Source of the DNA: an uncultured Actinomycetota bacterium | Lineage (GTDB): Bacteria; Actinomycetota; Actinomycetes; Propionibacteriales; Nocardioidaceae | Assembly (NCBI GenBank): GCA_963704295.1 | Contig: OY969884.1 | Coordinates: 656,812 to 720,811, forward strand | Length of the DNA: 64,000 nt | Reading direction: 5' to 3' | Shown: one piece after another, positions 39,749-50,545 of the stretch | Layout: every line of letters starts with the position of its first letter | How positions within the stretch are numbered: the stretch's first letter is position 1 | Notes under the pieces: model-generated | The model's database searches: none | What the model was told of the DNA's origin: nothing | Seen by the model: only the letters and a program-made list of their open reading frames with translations | Program-made: the position numbers and the translations under genes

Positions 39749-40638
39749 TCACACCGTCACCAGGTCGCGCAGATCGGCGAGAGTGGCGTCGCCGATGCCG
39801 TCGACCGCGAGCAGCTCGTCCACGCTGGTGAACCGGCCGTTGGCGCTGCGCCAGTCCAGGATCGCCTGTGCGGTCACCGGCCCGACACCCGGGAGCGTGT
39901 CCAGGAGCGCCATGTCCGCGGTGTTCAGGTTGACGAGAGCGGTGGGTGCGCCCGGGACCGGTCCGACCGGCACCCCGCTCGACGACACGGGTGCCGGGGG
40001 CAGTGTCGCCACCCGCATGCCGACCACGATCTGCTCCCCGTCCACCAGCGGGCGGGCGAGGTTCAGGGTGCTCAGGTCCACCCGCGGTCGCGGCCCACCG
40101 GCCGACTCCAGCGCGTCCGCCACCCGCGCTCCGGCAGGCAGCGTCACCAGGCCCGGCCGGCGGACCCGACCGGTGACGTCCACGACCAGATCGGCGCCGA
40201 CCGGCGCGGTGGTGGCGGCCGACGACCCCGGCCGGCGCGGGACTCGGCGCGTCTGCGGTGACCAGGACCGGAGGCTCGGGGCCGATCACCCGGGTGCTGG
40301 GTCGCCCGTCGAGCACCCACCATGCCCCAGCCGCCAGCAGGACGGCGGCCACCAGCACGAGCACCGTGACGTGCTGCCCCGTGACTCCCGCGGTCGGTGC
40401 CGACGGTCCGGACCGTCGGCGGCAGCTGGTCGGCCAGCGCACCCGTGAGCCGCTGCCGCGCGGGCAGTGCTGCCGCCCGGTGCCGGCCGCCGGTGCCGAC
40501 GTCCAGCGACACCGTCGGGTCGGTGCCATTGTCCGGATTCGGTCCTTCGAGCTCGGAGACCAGCAGCGACAGCCGGCGCTGCGCGGCGCTGCGCTCGCCG
40601 GCTCGCAGCCGTCCAGGCTCGCGTCGCAGCTGTGGCAT
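39749..40638 (-). pseudogene. comEA: ComEA-like DNA receptor whose domains lie in three different reading frames (pseudogene or assembly indels)
   Basis: The N-terminus MPQLRREPG..AAQRRLSLLVSELEG..GRH..LPPTVR is in the frame ending at 40638. The TM helix VTVLVLVAAVLLAAGAWWVL is in the frame of ORF 38475..40529. The SLBB plus HhH domains (VVDVTGRVRRPGLVTLPAGARVADAL .. LNTADMALLDTLPGVGPVTAQAILDWR) are in the frame of ORF 39749..40183. Confidence 0.6.
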
Positions 40639-40755
40639 GCCTGGACGCTAGGGATCGGACCGCCGGTCGAGCAGTGCTGCGCAGCTGCGCTGTGGACGGC
40701 CGATCAGGAGCCCGCCGGCTGTGCACTTCGGCTCGCCGGGCGGCTGGGCGTCGGG

Positions 40756-41607
40756 TCAGGTCACCCGCGGAGCCACCACGACGGCAACCGCGCCCGGGCC
40801 GATGTGGGCACCGACGACCGCGCCGACCTGCCGCTCCCAGACCGGGTCGGCCTGCGGCAGCCGCTCCCGCAGCCGGTCGGCCAGCGCGGCGGCCCGAGCT
40901 GCCGCCCCCAGGTGCTGCACGCCGACCGCGACCGGGCCGGAGCCGGCGGCCTCGACGGCGAGCTCCTCGATGCGGGCGAGCGCTCGGCTCGTCGTACGCA
41001 CCTTCTCCAGCGGCTCCACCCGCCCGTCCAGGACCGTGAGCAGCGGCTTCACCGCCAGCGCCGCGCCGAGCAGCGCCGCCGCGGCCCCGATCCGTCCGCC
41101 CCGACGGAGGTACTCGAGCGTGTCCAGGTAGAAGAACGACCGGGTGGCGTCCGCGGTCTCGCAGGCGACGGTGGCTGCTGCCTCCGAGTCGGCCCCGGCC
41201 GCCACGGCCTCGGCGGCCGCCAGGACCGAGAAGCCGGTGGCCAGTCCGATCTGCGCGCTGTCCACGACCTCCACATCGATGTCGACCTCGCCTGCCGCGG
41301 CCACCGCGGAGTCATAGGTCCCGGACAGCTGTGACGACAGGTGCACCGACACGATGGCGTCCGCACCCGACTCCATCGCGGCGGTGTAGGCGGAGACGAA
41401 GGCGTCCGGAGCCGGCCTCGAGGTCGACACCGGAGCGGACGCCGCCAGCGCCTCGGCCACCGCGCGATGGGTGGCCTCGGAGCCTTCGTCCCACGCGCGG
41501 GCGCCGACAACGACCTGCAGCGGCACCACGGCGATGCCGTACCGCTCGACCACGTCGGGAGGCAGCGATGCCGTCGAGTCGGTGACGATGGCGACCCGTT
41601 CTGGCAC
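40756..41607 (-). CDS. DegV-family fatty-acid-binding protein
   Basis: GTG 41607 gives MPERVAIVTDSTASLP. It also contains STSRPAP, SVHLSSQLSGTY and FFYLDTLEYLRRGGRIG. ATG 41640 is an alternative start. Confidence 0.85.
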   Translation of the reverse strand: MPERVAIVTDSTASLPPDVVERYGIAVVPLQVVVGARAWDEGSEATHRAVAEALAASAPVSTSRPAPDAFVSAYTAAMESGADAIVSVHLSSQLSGTYDSAVAAAGEVDIDVEVVDSAQIGLATGFSVLAAAEAVAAGADSEAAATVACETADATRSFFYLDTLEYLRRGGRIGAAAALLGAALAVKPLLTVLDGRVEPLEKVRTTSRALARIEELAVEAAGSGPVAVGVQHLGAAARAAALADRLRERLPQADPVWERQVGAVVGAHIGPGAVAVVVAPRVT

Positions 41608-41638
41608 GAAGGGCAGGCTAGCGGGGCATGCTGGAGGC

Positions 41639-42154
41639 ATGTACGAAACCGAGCCAGAGCTGGCCGAGCTGGACGCGCTGCTCACCCGGTCGCTGCACGG
41701 TTCGAGCGGCCATCTGCGCAGCATCATCACCGAGGGCGAGCGCACCCTGGACGCGGCCGAGACGAGTCAGGTGCTCACCGGCATGCGCACTCTGGCGGTG
41801 GCGACCGTCACTCGGTCGGGCGAGCCGCGAATCAGCGGCGTGGACGGTCACTTCCTGCACGGTCGGTGGATCTTCACCACGTCCGGGGACGCGGTGAAGG
41901 TGCGGCACCTGCGGGCCCGCCCCGCGGTGAGCGCCGCTCACCTGGTGGGCGACGACCTCGGGATCTTCGTGCACGGCCGGGCCGAGGAGATCGACCACGC
42001 CGGCCCCGACTTCACCGCCGTCGACGAGCACCTGACCGCGCACTACGGATCGTCTCCCAGCAGCTGGGGGGACGAGATCGTCTACCTCCGGATCCGGCCG
42101 GACTGGATGGTCGCGTACGCGTTCGCCAAGCGTCGGTTGCTCGACGCCCGCTGA
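41639..42154 (+). CDS. pyridoxamine 5'-phosphate oxidase-family (split beta-barrel) protein
   Basis: 171 aa from ATG 41639. [33 protein letters not shown] is typical of the PNPOx-like fold. Confidence 0.7.
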   Translation: MYETEPELAELDALLTRSLHGSSGHLRSIITEGERTLDAAETSQVLTGMRTLAVATVTRSGEPRISGVDGHFLHGRWIFTTSGDAVKVRHLRARPAVSAAHLVGDDLGIFVHGRAEEIDHAGPDFTAVDEHLTAHYGSSPSSWGDEIVYLRIRPDWMVAYAFAKRRLLDAR

Positions 42155-42167
42155 CCGCTGCGACCGG

Positions 42168-44688
<2,521 letters not shown>

Positions 44689-44718
44689 CTCCAGCCGTCT
44701 CGTTCCGCCCCAGGCATG

Positions 44719-44742
44719 AAAAAACCCCTCAGGCATGAGGGG
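44719..44742 (-). terminator. canonical intrinsic terminator in the leuS 5' leader
   Basis: On the minus strand, CCCCUCA-UGCC-UGAGGGG is followed by UUUUUU. It ends 30 nt upstream of the leuS ATG. It is the only hairpin plus U6 found in the window. Confidence 0.7.
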
Positions 44743-44840
44743 TGGCCGCGCCGACGTCGAACCTGGTCAGCGCGGCAATCCGAGGAGCGGGCTCGTCTGC
44801 ACCTGCACGAGAGTAGCGCTCCCGGTGCCACCATGCAGCC

Positions 44841-46016
44841 ATGAGACGACTAGTCGTGTGCTGCGACGGCACCTGGCAGAGCTCGGACAGCAGGCACGTG
44901 TCGAACATCGCGAAGATCGCCTGGTCGGTCGAGACGCGCCGGCTCGACGCCGATGTCGACCAGGTCGTGCACTACGTCGGCGGCGTCGGCGCCCGCTACT
45001 CCGCGGACCGCTGGCTCGGCGGGGCGGTCGGGCTCGGCTTGCTCGCCAACCTGTCCGACGCCTACCAGTTCCTGGCGCTGAACTACGAGCCCGGCGACGA
45101 GGTGTACGTGTTCGGCTTCAGCCGTGGGGCCTACACCGCGCGAAGCCTGGTCGGCATGATCGCCCGGGTCGGGTTACTGCGCGCGGACCGGCTCGACCAG
45201 CTGCGGGAGGCGATGCACCGCTATCGCAACCGGTCCGCTTCGGACGACGCCGCGGCTGCCGGCGAGCTCGCGGACTTCCGCCGAAACTGCTGCCACCCGG
45301 ACGTGTCGATCCAGTTCCTCGGCGTGTTCGACACCGTGGGCGCCCTCGGGGTGCCCGGTCCGTTCAAGCGTCGGCACCAGTTCCACGACATCCGGCTGAG
45401 CCGTTCCGTGCGGTGCGCCCGCCAGGCGCTCGCGATCGACGACCGCCGGATGGCGTTCGAACCGTGCCTGTGGGAGCTGCAGGAGGGCACTGCCGACGGC
45501 CAGGTGGAGCAGGTCTGGTTCGAGGGGGTGCACTCCGACGTCGGGGGTGGCTACGCCGAGACCGCGCTGTCCGACACCGCCCTGCTGTGGATGGTGCAGG
45601 AGGCGTCGGCTCAGGGACTCGTGCTGAACGCCGCCCGGTTGGCTGGGCACCTCGACAGCCAGGCCGCGCCTCGGCGGCACGACTCGATGAAGCTGCTCTA
45701 CCGCGTCTCCAACGGCGTGCGGCGGATCCGGCACCTGGTGGCCTCCAACCCGCGGTTCCGGGGGGATGTCCGTGTGCTCCGGCTCCCGCGGGACCAGGCG
45801 GTGGCGCTGGCGTCGTCGGCCGCGGGACGGTGGAACGCCGACGCGGACTCCTACCGGTCGGTCGCGCCGAACGTCGGCTGGTGGCAGGCGCTGGCGGACG
45901 CCGAGGGCACCGGCACGCTGGAGGACGTGCTGGCGCTGCCGAGCGCCCGGCCGGTGCTGGAGGAGCTCAAGGACAGGGGCGTCCGGCTGGCGGGGGAGTC
46001 CGGCCCCGTCCCCTGA
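44841..46016 (+). CDS. DUF2235-domain alpha/beta hydrolase (Tle1 phospholipase-effector-like)
   Basis: 391-aa ORF containing RLVVCCDGTWQ, VYVFGFSRGAYTARSLVGMI (GxSxG), FLGVFDTVGALG and WFEGVHSDVGGGY. Confidence 0.8.
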   Translation: MRRLVVCCDGTWQSSDSRHVSNIAKIAWSVETRRLDADVDQVVHYVGGVGARYSADRWLGGAVGLGLLANLSDAYQFLALNYEPGDEVYVFGFSRGAYTARSLVGMIARVGLLRADRLDQLREAMHRYRNRSASDDAAAAGELADFRRNCCHPDVSIQFLGVFDTVGALGVPGPFKRRHQFHDIRLSRSVRCARQALAIDDRRMAFEPCLWELQEGTADGQVEQVWFEGVHSDVGGGYAETALSDTALLWMVQEASAQGLVLNAARLAGHLDSQAAPRRHDSMKLLYRVSNGVRRIRHLVASNPRFRGDVRVLRLPRDQAVALASSAAGRWNADADSYRSVAPNVGWWQALADAEGTGTLEDVLALPSARPVLEELKDRGVRLAGESGPVP

Positions 46017-46046
46017 CGCCCGCGAAGCGGCGGCGGACCGATCCGG

Positions 46047-46622
46047 TCAGGCGTCCGGCCACCGCGGGTCACGCCCCGACGCCACCAGCAGCCGCTCCGT
46101 CTCGTCGGCGACGGGGAGGTCGGGGCGGTCCGCGACGAGGCCGAAGGAGCGGTACATGTCCTCCCGCTCGGCGAACCAGGTCGCCACCTCGCTGACCAGC
46201 TCCGGGTCGAGGTCTCGCTCGGATCCGCTCGCGGCGGCCAGGTCCCACGCGTGCAACAGGTGGTCGGCGACCAGCTGGCGGACGTACTCTGCGCCGTTCT
46301 CGTCACCGTAGGACAGGTGCACGACCGGGTCACCGGGAAGCCGGTCGGTGACCGCCGACTGGGCCTCATCGGCGGCAGCCCGCGCGGCCGACACCGGGTC
46401 CGCACCCAGCAGGTCACCGTCGAACCGGTCGCCGACCTCCGCCATGGTCTGACCCGCGAGCAGCGGCACCGTCCAGCGGTCCTCCCCCACGACGTGGTTG
46501 ACCAGGTCACGGACCGTCCACTCGGTGCAGGGCGTCGGCCGCTCCCAGTCGTCGGATCCGACGGCACCAACGCACCGGCGCCAGACGTCCAGGCTGCGAC
46601 GGTGCTGCTCCACGACGTCCAC
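46047..46622 (-). CDS. DinB-superfamily protein (TIGR03086 / mycothiol maleylpyruvate isomerase N-terminal domain-like)
   Basis: 191 aa from GTG 46622, with a GGAGGGAG RBS. It contains WERPTPCTEWTVRDLVNHVVGE. The longer ORF start would overlap the tRNA. Confidence 0.7.
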   Translation of the reverse strand: MDVVEQHRRSLDVWRRCVGAVGSDDWERPTPCTEWTVRDLVNHVVGEDRWTVPLLAGQTMAEVGDRFDGDLLGADPVSAARAAADEAQSAVTDRLPGDPVVHLSYGDENGAEYVRQLVADHLLHAWDLAAASGSERDLDPELVSEVATWFAEREDMYRSFGLVADRPDLPVADETERLLVASGRDPRWPDA

Positions 46623-46661
46623 GGCACTCCCTCCGCCGGACGTCGCCGCCCGGAGTATCAG

Positions 46662-46734
46662 TGGAGCTGAGGGGACTCGAACCCCTGACCCCCTGCATGC
46701 CATGCAGGTGCGCTACCAGCTGCGCCACAGCCCC
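46662..46734 (-). tRNA. tRNA-Ala (anticodon GGC)
   Basis: The cloverleaf was folded by eye. The acceptor stem GGGGCUG/CAGCUCC has the G3:U70 Ala identity pair. The D arm is GCGCAGCUGGUAGCGC, the anticodon stem CCUGC/GCAGG with loop AUGGCAU, and the T arm GGGGUUCGAGUCCCC. The discriminator is A and CCA is not encoded. Confidence 0.9.
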
Positions 46735-46819
46735 ATTGTCCGGCGCGTCCCGGCACAAGATCCGGTCCGACGGAACCGCGTCAGCATAGCCGGTGCAGTG
46801 ACCTCGGGCGTAGCCGGGA

Positions 46820-47461
46820 TCAGCCCCCGACCCGGTCGCCGCCTTCGAGCTCGAGCGGCAGACCACCGACGTTCCAGCCCTCCACCGCCCAGCCGTGTCG
46901 CCGTTCGCCCAGCCACGCCCAGTGACAGTTGTCGAAGCCGCCGAGCACCGGCCAGCAGCTCTCCGGGAGCCCGAGGAACCGGCAGGCGCCGACGTGCATG
47001 GCGCCCCCGTGCGACACCACGACGAGCAGGTCGCCGTCGGCCATCGCCTGCACGTGCTGGCCGAGGGCGTCCGCGAAGCGCACGGCGGTCTCCGCGTACG
47101 TCTCTGCACCGGGCACGCGGACGTCCTCGCCGGCGGCCAGTCGGGCCATCTCCTGAGGGAAGCGCACGCGTGCCTCGGGCACGGTCAGGCCCTCGCGCTC
47201 GCCCAGCTGAATCTCTCGCAGACGCGGGTCCAGCGTCGGCACCAGGCCGGTGAGCCGGGCCAGCGGTTGCGCGGTCTCCGCGGCGCGCCTCAGATCGCTG
47301 CTGACGATGCCCGTGGGCGCCAGCGAGGCCAGCACCGGCGCGGCTGCCTCGGCCTGGGCCCGGCCGAGCTCGTCCAGTTCGACGTCGCTGTGTCCCTGGG
47401 CACGGCCCTCGGCATTCCAGCGGGTCCGGCCGTGGCGCCACAGGACCAACCGCCGGTTCAC
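46820..47461 (-). CDS. histidine phosphatase family protein (phosphoglycerate-mutase-like; GpgP-like position)
   Basis: 213 aa from GTG 47461, with a GTGA overlap with rsfS. It has the LVLWRHGRTRWN (RHG) motif and VVSHGG. Confidence 0.85.
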   Translation of the reverse strand: MNRRLVLWRHGRTRWNAEGRAQGHSDVELDELGRAQAEAAAPVLASLAPTGIVSSDLRRAAETAQPLARLTGLVPTLDPRLREIQLGEREGLTVPEARVRFPQEMARLAAGEDVRVPGAETYAETAVRFADALGQHVQAMADGDLLVVVSHGGAMHVGACRFLGLPESCWPVLGGFDNCHWAWLGERRHGWAVEGWNVGGLPLELEGGDRVGG

Positions 47462-47865
47462 GCCCGCGGGCCGTCGCCGTCGGGCACCGCGGAATCCGGC
47501 GCGCCGGCGGTCTCCGGGAGCGGCACCAGCGGGCAGTCCCGCCAGATCCGCTCGAGGGAGTAGAACGCGCGCTCGTCCTGGTGCTGCACGTGCACCACCA
47601 GGTCGGCGAAGTCGAGCAGCACCCAGCGGGCCTCCCGCTCCCCCTCGCGGCGGAGCGGCTTCGCCCCGAGGGCGAGCAACCGGTCCTCGACCGCGTCCAC
47701 CACGGCACGCACCTGACGGTCGCTGGCGGCCGAGCACACCAGGAAGACGTCGGTGATGACGAGCTGGTCGGACACGTCGAAGGCCACGAGGTCGCTGGCG
47801 AGCTTCGACGCGGCTGCCTCCGCCGCCGCGGCGGTGAGGTCCAGCGCGTGCTGGGTGGCGGTCAC
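47458..47865 (-). CDS. rsfS: ribosome silencing factor RsfS
   Basis: 135 aa from GTG 47865, with a GTGA overlap with nadD and a GGGGGAG RBS. It contains [37 protein letters not shown]. Confidence 0.9.
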   Translation of the reverse strand: MTATQHALDLTAAAAEAAASKLASDLVAFDVSDQLVITDVFLVCSAASDRQVRAVVDAVEDRLLALGAKPLRREGEREARWVLLDFADLVVHVQHQDERAFYSLERIWRDCPLVPLPETAGAPDSAVPDGDGPRA

Positions 47866-48560
47866 AGGCTCCCCCGTGCGGTTCCCATGTGCTTGCGGTC
47901 GGAGTCGGCGGAGCCGTCGCCGGCGACGGCACGCGGACCGCCACCGTAGAGACCGTGCTTGTTGATGTACTGCACGACTCCGTCCGGGACGAGGTACCAG
48001 ACCGGCTCCCCGTTTGCGACGCGGGTCCGGCAGTCGGTGGAGCTGATCGCGAGCGCCGGGATCTCGACCAGCGCCAGCCGGTCCTCCGGCAGCCCGGCCA
48101 GCTCCCGGGCGTCCAGGCGATGCCCCGGTCGGGTGCAGCCGACGAAATGCGCCAAGGCGAAGATCTCGTCGTGGTCTCGCCAGGTGAGGATCTGCGCGAG
48201 CGCGTCGGCACCGGTGATGAAGAACAGCTCGTCGTCGGGAGCCCTCGCCCGCAGGTCGCGGAGGGTGTCGATCGTGTACGTCGGCCCCTCCCGGTCGATG
48301 TCGACCCGGCTCACCGAGAACCGGGGGTTCGACGCGGTCGCGATCACCGTCATCAGGTAGCGGTGCTCCGCCGGGGTGACCTCCCGGTCGTCCTTCTGCC
48401 ACGGCTGTCCGGTGGGGACGAACACCACCTCGTCCAGCCCGAACCAGGACTGCACCTCGCTGGCCGCGACCAGGTGACCGTGGTGCACCGGGTCGAACGT
48501 GCCGCCCATGACGCCGACCCGGCGCCGCTGGGGGGCGGGGTCCTTCGCGGCGAGACGCAC
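47862..48560 (-). CDS. nadD: nicotinate-nucleotide adenylyltransferase
   Basis: 232-aa ORF containing [15 protein letters not shown] and ISSTDCR. Confidence 0.93.
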   Translation of the reverse strand: MRLAAKDPAPQRRRVGVMGGTFDPVHHGHLVAASEVQSWFGLDEVVFVPTGQPWQKDDREVTPAEHRYLMTVIATASNPRFSVSRVDIDREGPTYTIDTLRDLRARAPDDELFFITGADALAQILTWRDHDEIFALAHFVGCTRPGHRLDARELAGLPEDRLALVEIPALAISSTDCRTRVANGEPVWYLVPDGVVQYINKHGLYGGGPRAVAGDGSADSDRKHMGTARGSL

Positions 48561-48602
48561 GATGGTGGCGGGCCTGTCGACCGTCGCTGAGCGGATGCCC
48601 GC

Positions 48603-48746
48603 TCAGGTATGCGGGCGACCCTTGCCATAGACGAGCAGGGCCAGCAGCAGCGCGATGAACACGCCGAGGCAGATGATGCCGATCCAGATCGGCTCGATCG
48701 GGAGCTCGCGCAGCTCTTCCTCGGCGCGGACGACGGAGCTCAGCAT
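48603..48746 (-). CDS. 47-aa single-TM membrane protein (not in the ORF track)
   Basis: The sequence is MLSSVVRAEEELRELPIEPIWIGIICLGVFIALLLALLVYGKGRPHT. 41 of 47 sense codons end in G or C. It occupies nearly the whole nadD-proA gap on the same strand. Confidence 0.45.
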   Translation of the reverse strand: MLSSVVRAEEELRELPIEPIWIGIICLGVFIALLLALLVYGKGRPHT

Positions 48747-48774
48747 GCCCTCAACCTAGCGGGTCGGCGGCTGG

Positions 48775-50055
48775 TCAGCGCACATGGCCGTCGCCGGTGA
48801 CCACCGTGGTCGTCGTGGTCAGCTCGCTGAGCCCCATCGGGCCGCGAGCGTGCAGCTTCTGGGTGGAGATCCCGATCTCCGCCCCGAGTCCCAGCTGCTC
48901 GCCGTCGGTGAAGCGGGTCGAGGCGTTGACCATCACGGCGGCCGCGTCGACGCCGGTGGTGAAGCGCTGGGCCGCCTCCAGGGAGCCGGTGACGATCGCC
49001 TCGGTGTGCCCGGAGCCGAAGCGACCGACGTGGTCGAGCGCCGCGTCGAGGTCGGGCACGACGCGGGCGGACAGCTCCAGCCCGAGGAACTCCGTGGCGT
49101 GGTCCTCGTCGCTCACCGGGAGGACGTCAGCGGAGGCGGCACGGAACGTCTCGTCACCGTGCACGGTGACGCCGTGCTCGTGCAGGGCGGCGACCACCTT
49201 GGGCACGAACGCGTCGGCGACCGCCCGGTGCACCAGCAGCGACTCGGCGGCGTTGCACACCGAGGGCCGATGGGTCTTGGCGTTCAGGACGATCCGCAGC
49301 GCCATGTCCAGGTCGGCCGCCGCGTCGACGTAGACGTGACAGTTACCGACACCGGTCTCCACGACCGGCACGGTGGACTGCTCCACCACCGAGCGGATGA
49401 GGCCGGCTCCGCCTCGGGGGACGACCAGGTCGACCTGGCCGCGGGCCCGCATCAGCGCGGTCGCGGTGGCCCGGCTGCTGTCCAGCAGGGTCACCGCGGC
49501 GGCCGGCAGCCCGACCGAGCCGATCGCCGTCCGCAACGCAGTCACCAGCGCGGCGTTGGTCCGTGCCGCCGAACCGGAGCCACGCAGCAGCACCGCGTTC
49601 CCCGCCTTGAGGCACAGCGCCGCGGCGTCGACAGTGACGTTGGGCCGGGCCTCGTAGATGATCCCGACGACGCCCAGCGGCACCCGGCGCTGGGACAGCT
49701 GCAGGCCGTTCGGCAGGGTCACGCCGCGGACGACCTCGCCGACCGGGTCCGCCAGGTCGGCAACGCCGCGCAGGCCGGCGGCCAGCGCCGCCAGCCGGTC
49801 CTCGTCGAGACGGAGCCGGTCGACGAGGTGCGCCTCGGTACCGGCGGCCTCGGCCGCCGTCACGTCGGCCGCGTTCGCCGCGAGGACGGTGGTGGCGGCG
49901 GCGAGCACCTCGTCGGCCATCGCCCGCAGCGCACGGTCCTTGTCGCTCCGGGTGGCCGAGGCCAGTCGCCGGGCGGCGACGCGGGCGCTCTCGGCGGCCG
50001 CGGCGACGTGCCCGGTGGCGACCGCGGCGGCGTCACCGGCCGGCTGGCTGCTCAT
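48775..50055 (-). CDS. proA: glutamate-5-semialdehyde dehydrogenase
   Basis: 426-aa ORF containing [34 protein letters not shown] and the catalytic Cys context RPSVCNAAE. Confidence 0.95.
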   Translation of the reverse strand: MSSQPAGDAAAVATGHVAAAAESARVAARRLASATRSDKDRALRAMADEVLAAATTVLAANAADVTAAEAAGTEAHLVDRLRLDEDRLAALAAGLRGVADLADPVGEVVRGVTLPNGLQLSQRRVPLGVVGIIYEARPNVTVDAAALCLKAGNAVLLRGSGSAARTNAALVTALRTAIGSVGLPAAAVTLLDSSRATATALMRARGQVDLVVPRGGAGLIRSVVEQSTVPVVETGVGNCHVYVDAAADLDMALRIVLNAKTHRPSVCNAAESLLVHRAVADAFVPKVVAALHEHGVTVHGDETFRAASADVLPVSDEDHATEFLGLELSARVVPDLDAALDHVGRFGSGHTEAIVTGSLEAAQRFTTGVDAAAVMVNASTRFTDGEQLGLGAEIGISTQKLHARGPMGLSELTTTTTVVTGDGHVR

Positions 50056-50085
50056 CGCTCCAGGGTAGGCGCGGACCGCGACCAG

Positions 50086-50436
50086 TCAGAACGGCTGGGG
50101 GGTGGGCCGGTGCAGGCCGATCGCCGGCGACCGCTCGCTGGTCCGCCGCTGGAAGGCGTCCCGCTCGAGCACCTCCAGCCCGACCACCTCCCAGTGCGGG
50201 AGCCCGGCGGTGTCCCGGTGCTCGCTCCAGACCCGTAGTGCCAGCGAGGCGGCGTCCAGCATGTCCGGCGCCTCCTCCCAGTACCGGATCTCCGCGTGGG
50301 CCGGCCCATACCGCAGCGCGTGCAGGAAGGGCCGCTCCTCGGACAGCCGGAGCATCGCCTGTCGGACGGTCTCGCTGTCGTGCTCGGCACCGGCGACCGT
50401 CACGGTCACGTGCCACAGCCGTGCTGCGTCCTCCAC
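50086..50436 (-). CDS. hypothetical protein
   Basis: 116-aa ORF with high GC3 and non-repetitive composition, between proB and proA. I recognise no motif. Confidence 0.5.
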   Translation of the reverse strand: MEDAARLWHVTVTVAGAEHDSETVRQAMLRLSEERPFLHALRYGPAHAEIRYWEEAPDMLDAASLALRVWSEHRDTAGLPHWEVVGLEVLERDAFQRRTSERSPAIGLHRPTPQPF

Positions 50437-50545
50437 CAGCGACCCGGTCCTTCCACTCCCTGCCCGAATCGCTCAGTCTGCGCCCTTTCCGCAACCGACC
50501 GCTCACGAACGCGCACACCCGTGAGAATGCTCACCCGGCCGAGAC

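Noticed and set aside
36398-40261. 1287-aa plus-strand ORF, the longest in the window
   Set aside because: It is antisense to holA, comEC and comEA. Its translation is extremely Arg/Gly/Pro/Asp-rich with no recognisable domain. This is the typical open antisense frame of high-GC coding DNA.
44689-44736. Extension of leuS to the upstream ATG at 44736 ([16 protein letters not shown]..)
   Set aside because: The extra codons are rich in A/T-ending codons that are rare here (CCT, TTT, TTT, CAT, GGA, AGA), and they coincide with the terminator hairpin and U tract. ATG 44688 or GTG 44682, with GGAG upstream, fit better.
46017-46820. Possible integrated mobile element at tRNA-Ala
   Set aside because: No integrase, excisionase or transposase is present, and I could not find a direct repeat of the tRNA 3' end nearby. 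The neighbouring genes have the same GC3-rich codon usage as the core.
48609-48800. 63-aa plus-strand ORF in the nadD-proA gap
   Set aside because: It overlaps the proA 3' end and has a poor coding composition. The minus-strand 47-aa membrane ORF explains the same DNA much better.
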